DNA of 32,000 nucleotides from Puniceicoccales bacterium (GCA_031288595.1 JAITRB010000002.1:1-32000); one strand, 5' to 3'. Positions 15,516 to 32,000 are shown, counted from the first letter of the stretch. A program made the numbers and translations. The notes: generated from the sequence alone by a model not told the origin.

Positions 15516-16358
15516 CTACTTCACATGTCTCCCGTTACGCCGAACGAGAATCCTGCTGTTGGAAGGCTTGCTCTTGCGACGAGTTGGATAACCCTTGGCC
15601 AATTGCCCCCAAGGAGAAACCGGATGTCCGCCGCCGGAGGAACGTCCCTCGCCCCCTCCCTGGGGATGGTCGACTGGATTCATGGCCACCCCCCTCACAC
15701 GGGGCCGCCGGTTCAGCCAGCGATTGCGACCGGCTTTACCCAAAGAGCGCTTATTATGGTCCTCATTGCCCACCTGTCCCAACGTCGCTCGACAGCGTGC
15801 ATCCAGGAGACGGATCTCTCCGCTCGGCAGCTTGACACTCGCCTTCGTCCCCTCCAGCGAGACCAGATGGCAGGCCGTTCCGGCACTGCGCACGAGCTTC
15901 GCACCCCCATTCGGCTCCATTTCGACGCAGTGGATCGGAACCCCCAGGGGAATCCGGTGCAGCGGCAATGAAGTGCCAAAATGAAAATCTTCCGGAGTTT
16001 CCGAAAGATTCACGACCTTATCGCCCGACTTCAAATCCCGCGGAGCCAGCATATAGCACTTCTCACCATCGATAAAGTGGAGCAAGGCGATGCGGGCCGA
16101 GCGATTAGGGTCATACTCAATGCGGGCCACCTTGGCCTCGATGCCGAGTTTCCGGCGGATGAAATCGATTCTCCGATAGGAGCGCCGATGGCCGCCTCCG
16201 CGGCGACGGGAAGTGATGCGGCCATAGCAGTTGCGCCCACAGGACCTCCGGTCTCCTTCGAGCAGAGTACTCTCGGCCTTACCCTTCCACAAAGCCTGCA
16301 CATTCTTAAGATGAAAGCGCTCAGAAGGAGTCTTGGGCTTGACTTGGACGATGGCCAT
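15516..16358 (-). CDS. rplB: 50S ribosomal protein L2
   Basis: 280 aa with ...RGVAMNPVDHPQGGGEGRSSGGGHPVSPWG. Confidence 0.97.
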   Translation of the reverse strand: MAIVQVKPKTPSERFHLKNVQALWKGKAESTLLEGDRRSCGRNCYGRITSRRRGGGHRRSYRRIDFIRRKLGIEAKVARIEYDPNRSARIALLHFIDGEKCYMLAPRDLKSGDKVVNLSETPEDFHFGTSLPLHRIPLGVPIHCVEMEPNGGAKLVRSAGTACHLVSLEGTKASVKLPSGEIRLLDARCRATLGQVGNEDHNKRSLGKAGRNRWLNRRPRVRGVAMNPVDHPQGGGEGRSSGGGHPVSPWGQLAKGYPTRRKSKPSNSRILVRRNGRHVK

Positions 16359-16373
16359 TTTCGAAAATTCTCC

Positions 16374-16661
16374 CTATACCAGGTCAATCGTCTCGCCTTC
16401 CCGCAGGGACACATAGGCTAGTCGTCGAGACACACTGCGGCCATAACGGCCGCGTTTGGAACGATCGCGCTTCCATTTCCCGGAGCGATTGAGCACATTC
16501 ACCCGCCGTACGTGAACCTGAAATTTCTCCGCCACGGCTTTGGATATCTCAAAGGAAGAGGTATGCGGATAGACCTCGAAAGTGTACTGTCCCTTGGCCG
16601 TTAGCGCCGTTGCCTTTTCGGTCATCCAGAGACCCTTCAAAACTCTTTCCGGAAAACTCAT
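16374..16661 (-). CDS. rplW: 50S ribosomal protein L23
   Basis: MSFPERVLKGLWMTEKATALTAKGQYTFEV...KFQVHVRRVNVL. The ATG at 16661 forms an ATGA overlap with the rplD stop (verified). The upstream part of the track ORF was trimmed. Confidence 0.93.
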   Translation of the reverse strand: MSFPERVLKGLWMTEKATALTAKGQYTFEVYPHTSSFEISKAVAEKFQVHVRRVNVLNRSGKWKRDRSKRGRYGRSVSRRLAYVSLREGETIDLV

Positions 16662-17296
16662 GCGACCGCCTTCCATGCCATGCGTCCGGACAAAACCGTC
16701 ACCGCACGCTCTGTCAAGATGCAAAAATCATTGTAGACCAAGTCCAGGGCATTCACCGCCACGGCATCTACCAAGGACAAGCGGGCCAGATTGCGTCCAG
16801 CCCGAATGACATCTCCCTCGAATTCCGTATCTACTAGCAGACATTTTCCCTGCGGACTCATACGGGACAAAATCGGGAGCAATGCCCGGGTCTTCGCTTG
16901 AGGTAGTTCCAGGCGCTCCACCACGCAGGCCGCCCTTTCCGATGCGCGTTCAAAAAACGCACGGGCTAGGGCTAAGCGCCTCACCTGACGATTGACTTTA
17001 CCGCCATAGACCCGCGGCTTGGGGCCGAAACTCACCCCACCACCGCTCCAAATCGGACTGCGGCGAGAGCCCTGGCGAGCCATGCCCGTCCCCTTCTGCC
17101 GCCAGGGCTTCTTGCCTCCGCCGCTGACCTCACCCCTCGTCTTGGTACAAGCATTGCCCTGCCGCATTGATGCCCGTAAGATCTGGATTACGAAGCCCAA
17201 GGCCTCTCGTCCCTTAGCGCCCTCCAGCTCGGGAAAATCGGCGAACTCCCTCTCCTCGCACTGGGTCGCATCCGGACTATAAAATTTCAACTTCAT
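16658..17296 (-). CDS. rplD: 50S ribosomal protein L4
   Basis: KKPWRQKGTGMARQGSRRSPIWSGGGVSFGPKPR, 212 aa. Confidence 0.96.
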   Translation of the reverse strand: MKLKFYSPDATQCEEREFADFPELEGAKGREALGFVIQILRASMRQGNACTKTRGEVSGGGKKPWRQKGTGMARQGSRRSPIWSGGGVSFGPKPRVYGGKVNRQVRRLALARAFFERASERAACVVERLELPQAKTRALLPILSRMSPQGKCLLVDTEFEGDVIRAGRNLARLSLVDAVAVNALDLVYNDFCILTERAVTVLSGRMAWKAVA

Positions 17297-17315
17297 GGAC
17301 TATTCCCTCCACGAC

Positions 17316-17972
17316 TCAACGCTTATCCGTCCCTTTCTTAGCCTTGCGGACGAAGACCGTCGCGCCTTTGATACCCGGGAAGCTGCCGCGAATCAGCAGG
17401 AGCTCCTCTTCTCGGATAATCCTCACGATTTTCAAATTCTGCACCGTGCGCCGCACGGCACCGTAATGTCCCGGCATCTTCTTGCCCTTGATGACATGAC
17501 CCGGCCACTGGCGCTGGCCATAGGAACCACCCCGCCGGTGGAACATCGCCCCATGGGAAGCCGGACCGCCAGCGAAACCGTAGCGCTTCACCACCCCCTG
17601 GAAGCCGTGGCCCTTCGTGATGCCCACTACGTCGACCTTCTCCCCTTCTTCAAAGAGGGAAATACCGACCTCATCGCCCAGCTGGTAATGGGAAAAACAT
17701 CCCCGTGTCTCGCGACAGGCGATGAGCCGCTTGCGTGGGTCGCAGCCCGCCTTTTCCAATCGGCCGACCGTGGGTCTATCATTGACTGTCCCGCTCTTCT
17801 TGCCCTGCAGGGCCAGTTGAACGGCTTCATAGCCATCCGTCTCCCGAGTCCGCTTCTGCAGTACCCGACAGGGCTGCATCTGGACGACCGTTACGGGAAC
17901 TAGCTCACCTTCGGCATCGAAGATCTGCGTCATGCCGATTTTTCTCCCCAGTGTTCCGAGTTCTTCTCTCAT
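17316..17972 (-). CDS. rplC: 50S ribosomal protein L3
   Basis: ...LGRKIGMTQIFDAEGELVPVTVV...GKKMPGHYG, 218 aa. Confidence 0.96.
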   Translation of the reverse strand: MREELGTLGRKIGMTQIFDAEGELVPVTVVQMQPCRVLQKRTRETDGYEAVQLALQGKKSGTVNDRPTVGRLEKAGCDPRKRLIACRETRGCFSHYQLGDEVGISLFEEGEKVDVVGITKGHGFQGVVKRYGFAGGPASHGAMFHRRGGSYGQRQWPGHVIKGKKMPGHYGAVRRTVQNLKIVRIIREEELLLIRGSFPGIKGATVFVRKAKKGTDKR

Positions 17973-18016
17973 GATTCCAGGAGGCAGGACGAGCCTGCAT
18001 TGGAAGGTTTTTACTG

Positions 18017-18045
18017 ATTTCTGAAACGCTCGGGTCCCTTGTCAA
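18017..18045 (-). promoter_or_regulatory. Candidate promoter for the rplC-led operon
   Basis: Minus strand reads TTGACA (18040-18045), a 17-nt spacer, then AGAAAT (18017-18022), about 45 nt upstream of the rplC ATG. The -35 lies inside a 7-bp inverted repeat, AAACGCT / AGCGTTT (18024-18030 / 18045-18051). Confidence 0.25.
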
Positions 18046-18173
18046 GCGTTTTCCGGTATATTCCCGTATTTCGAAAAACTGCAGTAAGGGATAACCTGGG
18101 AAGTTCCAGGGAACAGGGAGAGAAGGAGTCGAGAAAAGCAAGGGCGATGGAGTGGAGATATTGGGCTGGCTTT

Positions 18174-18247
18174 GCCCGAGGGGGGAAAGAGGCCCCCCTT
18201 TTCCCCATCGGGCGGCCCGCGCAGCGGGCCCGATGCCTTCGGCATCG
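18174..18247. other. Cluster of three adjacent GC-rich hairpins in the rpsJ-rplC spacer
   Basis: Read directly. First hairpin: GCCCGA...TCGGGC (18174-18179 / 18208-18213) enclosing GGGGGG-N7-CCCCCC (18180-18185 / 18193-18198). Second: GGCCCGC-GCA-GCGGGCC (18214-18230). Third: CGATGCC-TTC-GGCATCG (18231-18247). Confidence 0.75.
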
Positions 18248-18334
18248 AAAGCCGGCCCCAAATCAACGATTCCCCAACGAATACCTATCCTTCCGGCTTC
18301 GACCTTTCAGAAACCAGTTCCCCTAGATGCTGAA

Positions 18335-18640
18335 CTAGGCACTGATGCTGACTTCGACGCCAGAGGGTAGGTTGAGTCGTTTCAGGGCCTCGATGGTGTC
18401 CGCCGTCGGCTCGTGGATCTCGGCCAGACGCACATGCGTCTTCAGCTCGAACTGATCCATCGATTTCTTATCTTTGTGCGGCGAGCGGTTGACCGAAAAG
18501 CGCTCCGTATGCGTCGGCAGGGGCACCGGCCCCACCACCCGCGCACCGGAGCGTTTCGACGCATCGACGATTTCCGCAGCGGACTGATCCACTAGCCGGT
18601 GATCAAATCCCTTTAGCTTGATCCGAATTTTCTGTGCCAT
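18335..18640 (-). CDS. rpsJ: 30S ribosomal protein S10
   Basis: [25 protein letters not shown]...[12 protein letters not shown]. The ATG at 18640 lies 4 nt after the fusA stop (verified). The track ORF starts at an upstream TTG inside fusA. Confidence 0.95.
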   Translation of the reverse strand: MAQKIRIKLKGFDHRLVDQSAAEIVDASKRSGARVVGPVPLPTHTERFSVNRSPHKDKKSMDQFELKTHVRLAEIHEPTADTIEALKRLNLPSGVEVSISA

Positions 18641-18644
18641 TTTT

Positions 18645-20798
18645 TCAAGAACGGGCAACTGTTCGCGTCGACGCTTCGATGATGCGCTGTAGAATACTAG
18701 CCGGCACCTGTTCGAAATGTGACGGTTCCATCGAATAGTTCGCCCGCCCCTTTGTCAAGGATCGCACGTCGGTAGCGTAGCCAAACATCATCTCAAGCGG
18801 CACCAGCACATCGATGTTGGCGAGAGTACCCTTCATCTCCATCTTCTGGATCTGTCCGCGACGGCGATTCAGATCCCCCATGATATCGCCTTGATACTCC
18901 TCCGGTGCCGCGACCTCCACATTCATGATCGGCTCCAGTAGGATGGGAATCGCCTTTTTCATCGCGTCCTTGAAGGCGAAAATCCCCGCCATTTTAAAGG
19001 CCAACTCGGAAGAATCTACCTCGTGAAAACTACCATCGATGATACGCACCTTCAGGTCGATGACTGGATAGCCGGCCACAACTCCGTTGCGGGCGCCCTC
19101 CAGAATACCCTCCTGAGAGGGTTTGATGTATTCCTTCGGGATGACCCCGCCGACGATCTCATTGATCACCTCGAGGCCACTGCCCTTCTCCGCCGGCTCG
19201 ATCCTGACGACCACGTGTCCGTACTGGCCACGCCCGCCCGACTGGCGGATGAACTTGCCCTCGCCGTCGGCTGGAGTCGTGATGGTCTCGCGGTAGGCGA
19301 TTTGGGGACGCCCCGCATTGGCATCGACCTTAAATTCCCGGAACAGCCGGTCGCGAATGATGTCCAGGTGCAACTCCCCCATGCCGGCAATGATGGTTTG
19401 GCCAGTCTCCTGGTTGGAGGAAACCTGGAAGGTCGGATCCTCCTCCGCCAGCCGCTGCAGCGCCAGGGACAGTTTTTCCTGGTCCGCCTTCGACTTCGGC
19501 TCGATGGACATGCTGATGACCGGATTCGGGAAAGTGGGTGGCTCCAGCGCCTCGTCCGAGGAACGCTCGCAGAGGGTATCGCCGGTAATCACCCCCTTCG
19601 CGCCGATGATGGCGCAGATGTCCCCCGCATAGGCCACATCGATGTCCTCCCGCATGTCCGCCTTCATGACCATCAGGCGGCTGATGCGCTCCGTATGACG
19701 GGTGCGCGGGTTATAAAAGCTCTCGCCCTTGCGCAGCTGTCCGCGGTAGACGCGGCAGAAGACCAGCTTTCCCACGTAAGGGTCGGTCATCAGCTTGAAG
19801 CCCAAGGCGGACAGCGGACCTTTGTCATCCGGCCGGACCTCGACGGTGGAACCATCGTCCCGAAACGCCTTCATCGGGGGCAGATCCAGGGGTGAAGGCA
19901 GGTAGTGCACTACCGCATCCAGCAGCATCTGGACCCCTTTATTCTTGAACGCACTCCCCGGGATGACCCCGATGAACTTCAGGGCGATGGTGGCCGAGCG
20001 AATCGCGCGGCGCATCTCGTCGGGCGACACCGCCGCCCCCTCTAAAAATTTCATCGCCAGCTCGTCATCGAAGTCTGCCAGCGCCTCCAGCAGGGATTCT
20101 CGCCACTGCTTCGCCGTTTCCAGCCAATGCTCCGGAATTTCTGCCTCCTGATAGGCAACCCCTAAAGGATCCGACTCGTCGTAGATATAGGCCCGCATCT
20201 TGACCAAGTCGATCAGCCCCCGGAACTCCTCCGCGGAACCGATGTTGAGAAAGAGCGGATGGGCATTGCCGCCCAGTTTTTTCCGAATATCCTCCACCGC
20301 ACCGAGAAAATCCGCTCCGGTACGGTCCATCTTGTTGATGAATGCGAGGCGCGGCACCTGGTACTTATCCATCTGGCGCCACACCGTTTCGGACTGGGGT
20401 TGCACGCCGGCGACGGAACAGAAGACCGCCACCGCTCCGTCCAGCACCCGCAGCGAGCGTTCCACTTCAGCTGTGAAATCCACGTGGCCTGGGGTGTCGA
20501 TCAGATTGATCTGCTGGGGAATTTTGGCGAAAAGTCCCTCCTTCGTCGTCCAGCCGCAGCTGATGGCCGCCGAGGTGATGGTGATGCCGCGCTCCCGCTC
20601 CTGCTCCATCCAATCCGTTACCGTCGTCCCCTCGTGTACCTCTCCGATCTTGTGAACGACTCCGGTGTAGTACAAAATCCGCTCCGTCGTCGTGGTCTTA
20701 CCGGCATCGATGTGGGCCGCAATGCCGATGTTACGGGTGAACTCCAGCGGCACCTTGCGCTTCGGCGAGTTGACGGGGGAAATGTTCTTGGGATCCAT
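18645..20798 (-). CDS. fusA: Translation elongation factor G
   Basis: 717 aa. G1 motif [20 protein letters not shown]3 DTPGHVDF, G4 NKMD, and typical domains II-V. Confidence 0.97.
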   Translation of the reverse strand: MDPKNISPVNSPKRKVPLEFTRNIGIAAHIDAGKTTTTERILYYTGVVHKIGEVHEGTTVTDWMEQERERGITITSAAISCGWTTKEGLFAKIPQQINLIDTPGHVDFTAEVERSLRVLDGAVAVFCSVAGVQPQSETVWRQMDKYQVPRLAFINKMDRTGADFLGAVEDIRKKLGGNAHPLFLNIGSAEEFRGLIDLVKMRAYIYDESDPLGVAYQEAEIPEHWLETAKQWRESLLEALADFDDELAMKFLEGAAVSPDEMRRAIRSATIALKFIGVIPGSAFKNKGVQMLLDAVVHYLPSPLDLPPMKAFRDDGSTVEVRPDDKGPLSALGFKLMTDPYVGKLVFCRVYRGQLRKGESFYNPRTRHTERISRLMVMKADMREDIDVAYAGDICAIIGAKGVITGDTLCERSSDEALEPPTFPNPVISMSIEPKSKADQEKLSLALQRLAEEDPTFQVSSNQETGQTIIAGMGELHLDIIRDRLFREFKVDANAGRPQIAYRETITTPADGEGKFIRQSGGRGQYGHVVVRIEPAEKGSGLEVINEIVGGVIPKEYIKPSQEGILEGARNGVVAGYPVIDLKVRIIDGSFHEVDSSELAFKMAGIFAFKDAMKKAIPILLEPIMNVEVAAPEEYQGDIMGDLNRRRGQIQKMEMKGTLANIDVLVPLEMMFGYATDVRSLTKGRANYSMEPSHFEQVPASILQRIIEASTRTVARS

Positions 20799-20831
20799 AG
20801 GGCGCAGGCGCTTCGGCGTCTTCGATTTTTC

Positions 20832-21305
20832 TTACCAGCGCAGGTGGACGAAGGCGCGGTTGGCTTGAGCCATGCGGTGCACCTCCGACTTCCTCTTCAC
20901 CACATTGCCGGTGTTGTTGTAGGCGTCGATGATCTCCTGACCCAAGGCCTCTGCCATGCGCTTGCCCTTACGACCGCGGGCAGACTGAATCATCCAGCGG
21001 AAGACCAGTGCCTGCTGGCGAGTAGGGGGGATTTCGACCGGAATCTGGTAGGTAGCTCCGCCCACGCGGCGACTCCGCAGCTCCAGCTTCGGCCGAGCAT
21101 TTTCCAGCGCTCCCAATAGGAGGGCGACAGGATCACCCTTGCCGATCTCCTCACTGGCCCGTTCGATGGCCCCATAGACGATGCTGCAGGCCACGGAGCG
21201 TTTCCCCCGTTCCATGACCCGGTTGACCAACTGGCCCACCAGGGGACTTCCGAAGCGCGGGTCCTCTGCGATGGGGCGTTTCTCGGCTCGGCGACGACGT
21301 GACAT
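20832..21305 (-). CDS. rpsG: 30S ribosomal protein S7
   Basis: MSRRRRAEKRPIAEDPRFGS...ATYQIPVEIPPTRQQAL...ANRAFVHLRW, 157 aa. Confidence 0.97.
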   Translation of the reverse strand: MSRRRRAEKRPIAEDPRFGSPLVGQLVNRVMERGKRSVACSIVYGAIERASEEIGKGDPVALLLGALENARPKLELRSRRVGGATYQIPVEIPPTRQQALVFRWMIQSARGRKGKRMAEALGQEIIDAYNNTGNVVKRKSEVHRMAQANRAFVHLRW

Positions 21306-21311
21306 GATAAA

Positions 21312-21698
21312 TTACTTCCTTGCCGCCTTGGGCCGCTTCACACCGTACTTCGAGCGGCTCCGGCGGCGCTTGTCGACTCCGGAGCAATCTAGGGTGCCTC
21401 GGACGATGTGGTAACGCACGCCCGGAAGGTCCTTCACACGCCCCCCGCGCACCAGCACCACGCTGTGCTCCTGCAACTTGTGCCCCTCATCCGGAATGTA
21501 GGCGATGACCTCATCGCCGCCATGGGTCAGGCGCACCTTGGCCACCTTGCGGATGGCCGAATTTGGCTTTTTCGGCGTGCGCGTCATCACCTGGATGCAG
21601 ACGCCGCGGCGGAAGGGATTCGAGTCCAATGCCGGTGATTTCGATTTGATCGCCTCCCGTAGACGGGGATGGCGAAGTAACTGGTTGATAGTGGGCAT
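21312..21698 (-). CDS. rpsL: 30S ribosomal protein S12
   Basis: Canonical MPTINQLLR start at ATG 21698 (verified), with ...[18 protein letters not shown]...[21 protein letters not shown]. The track ORF starts 13 codons upstream at a GTG. Confidence 0.96.
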   Translation of the reverse strand: MPTINQLLRHPRLREAIKSKSPALDSNPFRRGVCIQVMTRTPKKPNSAIRKVAKVRLTHGGDEVIAYIPDEGHKLQEHSVVLVRGGRVKDLPGVRYHIVRGTLDCSGVDKRRRSRSKYGVKRPKAARK

Positions 21699-21940
21699 GG
21701 GCCGCAGAGATAAAATTTCCTTATTCGAAATCGGCACGCTAGAACTCCCTCCTGGAGAAGCAAGCCTTTATTCGATAAAAATCACCCCAGACCCCCTGAA
21801 AATTCGAACTGCAGGCCCCGCCCTCCTAGGCTTCCTTTCCCTACACCCTTCCCCATAGGCCCATCGCGGTGGTCCTTTTCAGGCTCTCCGGGGCGATTAG
21901 TTCCCCAAATGGGATTGCTCATAAGCGGAGATCGCGCTGT

Positions 21941-22041
21941 GGCGCCGCCTTGGGGCCCCATAGGGGCCCTAGGCCCGCTTCGCGGGCCGTGCGGCCTAGG
22001 GCTGGAGAGGCCCTCCGGCCCTAGGCCGCAAAGGCGGCGCC
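21941..22041. other. 101-nt GC-rich element that folds on paper as a four-way junction (cloverleaf), located between rpoC and rpsL
   Basis: Read directly. Outer 9-bp stem GGCGCCGCC / GGCGGCGCC (21941-21949 / 22033-22041) encloses three hairpins: GGGCCCC-ATA-GGGGCCC (21953-21969); GGCCCGC-TTC-GCGGGCC (21972-21988); and a 17-pair hairpin at 21991-22029 (12 perfect pairs GCGGCCTAGGGC / GCCCTAGGCCGC, one T-G position, then GGAG / CTCC, loop AGGCC). Junction linkers are 2-3 nt. Confidence 0.8.
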
Positions 22042-22117
22042 TGGAAAATAAACACCGAAGTCTCCCGTTCCCTTCTCAGCCCTGTTCCGGAGCTTCTATC
22101 AGGCACCCTCAGCACCC

Positions 22118-26236
<4,119 letters not shown>

Positions 26237-26251
26237 AGAAAACGCGAGTTC

Positions 26252-30025
<3,774 letters not shown>

Positions 30026-30190
30026 AGCGACGAAAAAATAACAGTACTCATCCCGAATGGACCCTTCGAGATGATTTTCCTAAAAAAGTAAAAGCAGACC
30101 CTTCCGCAGAATCGCCTTTAGACTGAACGGCGAAAGATACGAACGCACCCGATGCCAGAAACACGATAAATGAACCGAGCAATCGCGCCC

Positions 30191-30571
30191 CTACTTCAAC
30201 TCAACTTTAGCTCCAGCGGCCTCCAACTTCTGTTTGATCTCCTCTGCTTCCGCTTTAGAAACACCCTCTTTGATCGGCTTAGGGGCGGACTCCACCAAGT
30301 CTTTAGCCTCCTTCAGGCCGAGACCGGTGACCGCCCGGACTTCCTTGATGGCATTGATCTTATTATCTCCGGCCGCCGTGAGGATGACGCTGAACTCCGT
30401 CTGCTCCTCCGCTGCTTCCGCCGGAGCGGCTGCCGCCACCGCCGCAACGGCCACCGGAGCGGCCGCACTGACGCCCCATTTTTCCTCCAATTCCTTCACC
30501 AGAGTCGCCATTTCCAATACGGATTGACGGCCCAACCATTCGATAACCTCTTCCTTCGTGATGTCTGTCAT
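30191..30571 (-). CDS. rplL: 50S ribosomal protein L7/L12
   Basis: 126 aa. Ala-rich hinge, [24 protein letters not shown], and a strong GGGAGG about 5 nt upstream of the ATG. Confidence 0.97.
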   Translation of the reverse strand: MTDITKEEVIEWLGRQSVLEMATLVKELEEKWGVSAAAPVAVAAVAAAAPAEAAEEQTEFSVILTAAGDNKINAIKEVRAVTGLGLKEAKDLVESAPKPIKEGVSKAEAEEIKQKLEAAGAKVELK

Positions 30572-30659
30572 GATTTCCTCCCTGGGGTATTTTAGCGATT
30601 TTCAAACCATCATTTAAGAGCAAGGCTCCTAAAACACACCCGATTCAGATGAATAAAGT

Positions 30660-31169
30660 TCATCGGCTCCCCTTGGCCTTCAAAACGCGCAGCAGGCCCT
30701 GCGGAACGCCCTGGAAAACCGCCAGTATCCGACGAGCCGGTTCCTGCAGCAGAGCCAGAAAACGCGCCCGTAACTCCTCCAGTGGTGGTAATTCCGAGAG
30801 CAGCTTGACTTCCTCCGGACTCAGGAAGCGATTTGCCAGCGCACCGCATTTGAGCACCAGCTTATCCTCGTGCTGTTTGCGGAACTGCAGCAGAATCTTG
30901 GCCACTCCCGAAGGATTAGATCCACGGGTAACGATGGCCGTCGGCCCCGAGAGCTGCGGCTTCAAATCTAGGGAAACGATTCCCTGAAGCGCCAATTGCA
31001 AGATGCTATTCTTGACCACGTGAAAAACCGCCCCTTCCGCCCGCAAGGCCCGGCGTAGCTCCGCTACTTCCTCAACGCGCACGCGGGCAAAGTTGAGCAG
31101 ATAGAGGTAATCCGACCCATGCAGATAAGTCACTGCCTCCTGAACGAGCCAATTCTTTTCCAGTCTCAT
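30660..31169 (-). CDS. rplJ: 50S ribosomal protein L10
   Basis: The ATG at 31169 forms an ATGA overlap with the rplA stop (verified). Sequence [16 protein letters not shown]...FHVVKNSILQLAL..., 169 aa, positioned between rplA and rplL. The track ORF's upstream 56 aa overlap rplA and were trimmed. Confidence 0.92.
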   Translation of the reverse strand: MRLEKNWLVQEAVTYLHGSDYLYLLNFARVRVEEVAELRRALRAEGAVFHVVKNSILQLALQGIVSLDLKPQLSGPTAIVTRGSNPSGVAKILLQFRKQHEDKLVLKCGALANRFLSPEEVKLLSELPPLEELRARFLALLQEPARRILAVFQGVPQGLLRVLKAKGSR

Positions 31170-31879
31170 GATGCACTGCGGTTCGATTCCATTCCCAAAT
31201 ACTCCTGGGCGTCTAGGCGAATCCCGGGCGACATGGTGGCGCTCAGGGTAGCGCTGCGGATGAAGCGCCCGCGAAAGGCATTTGGCCTCGCATGGCCCAC
31301 CGCTTCGACAGCTGCTTGGACGTTGGCTGAAAGACACTCATCGTTCAGCGAGCGCTTGCCGACCACTACCGCGATGTTGGCGGTCTTGTCCATCTTAAAT
31401 TCCACCCGACCTGCCTTGAGTTCTTGAATGATTGGCGCCAGATCGTCGGCCACCGTACCGGATCTGGGATTCGGCATCAGGCCACGCGGGCCCAAGACCC
31501 GAGCCAACGTCCGTACCTGTTTCATGGCGGAAGGGGTTGCCACCGCGACGTCGAAGTCCATCCAGCCTTCCTGCACGCGCTGGATGAGCTCTTCCAGACC
31601 AGCCACTTCGGCACCGGCCTCCAACGCTTCCTTCGGTGATTCCGTAAAGGCGATCACGCGTATTTTCCGGCCGCTGCCGTGGGGCAGAGACACTGTTCCG
31701 CGCACCATCTGCTCGCTCAGCTTGGGATCGACGCCCAGGTGCAGCGAGAGCTCGACGGTCTCATCGAAACGGACCATCGGCATCTCCCTCAACAGCGCTA
31801 CCGCCTGCTCCAACGAAAAGGACGACTGCGAGGCGAGCATTTCCCGAGCTTTGCGCTGACGTCTACTTCCCCGTTTCAT
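31166..31879 (-). CDS. rplA: 50S ribosomal protein L1
   Basis: 237 aa with ...[38 protein letters not shown]... Confidence 0.96.
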   Translation of the reverse strand: MKRGSRRQRKAREMLASQSSFSLEQAVALLREMPMVRFDETVELSLHLGVDPKLSEQMVRGTVSLPHGSGRKIRVIAFTESPKEALEAGAEVAGLEELIQRVQEGWMDFDVAVATPSAMKQVRTLARVLGPRGLMPNPRSGTVADDLAPIIQELKAGRVEFKMDKTANIAVVVGKRSLNDECLSANVQAAVEAVGHARPNAFRGRFIRSATLSATMSPGIRLDAQEYLGMESNRSAS

Positions 31880-32000
31880 AACTTCTCCTCCTTGACCACA
31901 ACTTCGATGCCCATACTGCGGGCCGTTCCCTCGATCATGCGGGCCGCCGCCACTCTATCCTCCGCGTTGAGGTCGGCCTTCTTCAGCTCCACGATGCTCG
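31876..32000 (-). CDS. rplK: 50S ribosomal protein L11, C-terminal 41 codons only (truncated by the window edge)
   Basis: My own translation of the reverse complement gives ...[40 protein letters not shown] followed by a stop. This matches the L11 C-terminal domain. The TGA stop overlaps the rplA ATG (ATGA). Confidence 0.85.
   Translation of the reverse strand, partial: SIVELKKADLNAEDRVAAARMIEGTARSMGIEVVVKEEKL

Noticed and set aside
17905-18370. Several 65-118-aa ORFs on both strands in the rpsJ-rplC spacer
   Set aside because: They overlap one another and the rplC start and run through hairpins and a homopurine tract. None resembles a known ribosomal or other protein.
19023-21119. Two roughly 290-aa plus-strand ORFs
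   Set aside because: They are antisense to fusA and rpsG, which are unambiguous.
4835-21737. Longer N-termini given by the ORF track for rpsD, rpsK, rpsC, rplW, rpsN, rpsJ and rpsL (rplJ, at 30660-31337 outside this span, was treated the same way)
   Set aside because: The upstream portions start at GTG/TTG codons and overlap the preceding gene in another frame. Conserved family N-termini begin at internal ATGs that I verified in the nucleotide sequence.

Overview
GC-rich bacterial chromosomal window that is almost entirely core translation and transcription machinery. Every gene I can support is on the minus strand.

Gene order, reading the minus strand from high to low coordinates:
- rplK (3' end only)-rplA-rplJ-rplL-rpoB-rpoC
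- a roughly 420-bp structured spacer
- rpsL-rpsG-fusA-rpsJ
- a 362-bp structured spacer
- rplC-rplD-rplW-rplB-rpsS-rplV-rpsC-rplP-rpmC-rpsQ-rplN-rplX-rplE-rpsN-rpsH-rplF-rplR-rpsE-rplO-secY-map
- rpsM-rpsK-rpsD-rpoA-rplQ
- an SDR reductase (FabG-like) followed by a lone OppC/DppC-type ABC permease
- three tRNA genes: Lys-UUU, Thr-UGU, Thr-CGU
- a 17-bp tandem repeat array that runs off the left edge of the window

I see no defence system, CRISPR array, transposase, integrase or prophage genes.

Observations worth a second look:
1. Long low-complexity extensions on ribosomal proteins S11 (N-terminal), L17 and L15 (C-terminal), plus an extra hydrophobic C-terminal segment on SecY.
2. Two GC-rich multi-hairpin intergenic elements, rpoC/rpsL and rpsJ/rplC, that share an identical 7-bp stem. 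One folds on paper into a 101-nt cloverleaf.
3. The phase-perfect 17-bp tandem array next to the tRNA cluster.
4. Gene order with fusA directly abutting rpsJ (no tuf), and no rpmD, adk, infA or rpmJ. As I recall this resembles Chlamydiae/PVC-type organisation; that is an inference, not a demonstrated assignment.

Several ORF-track entries begin at upstream alternative start codons. I trimmed them to the canonical conserved N-termini after checking the start codon in the nucleotide sequence.
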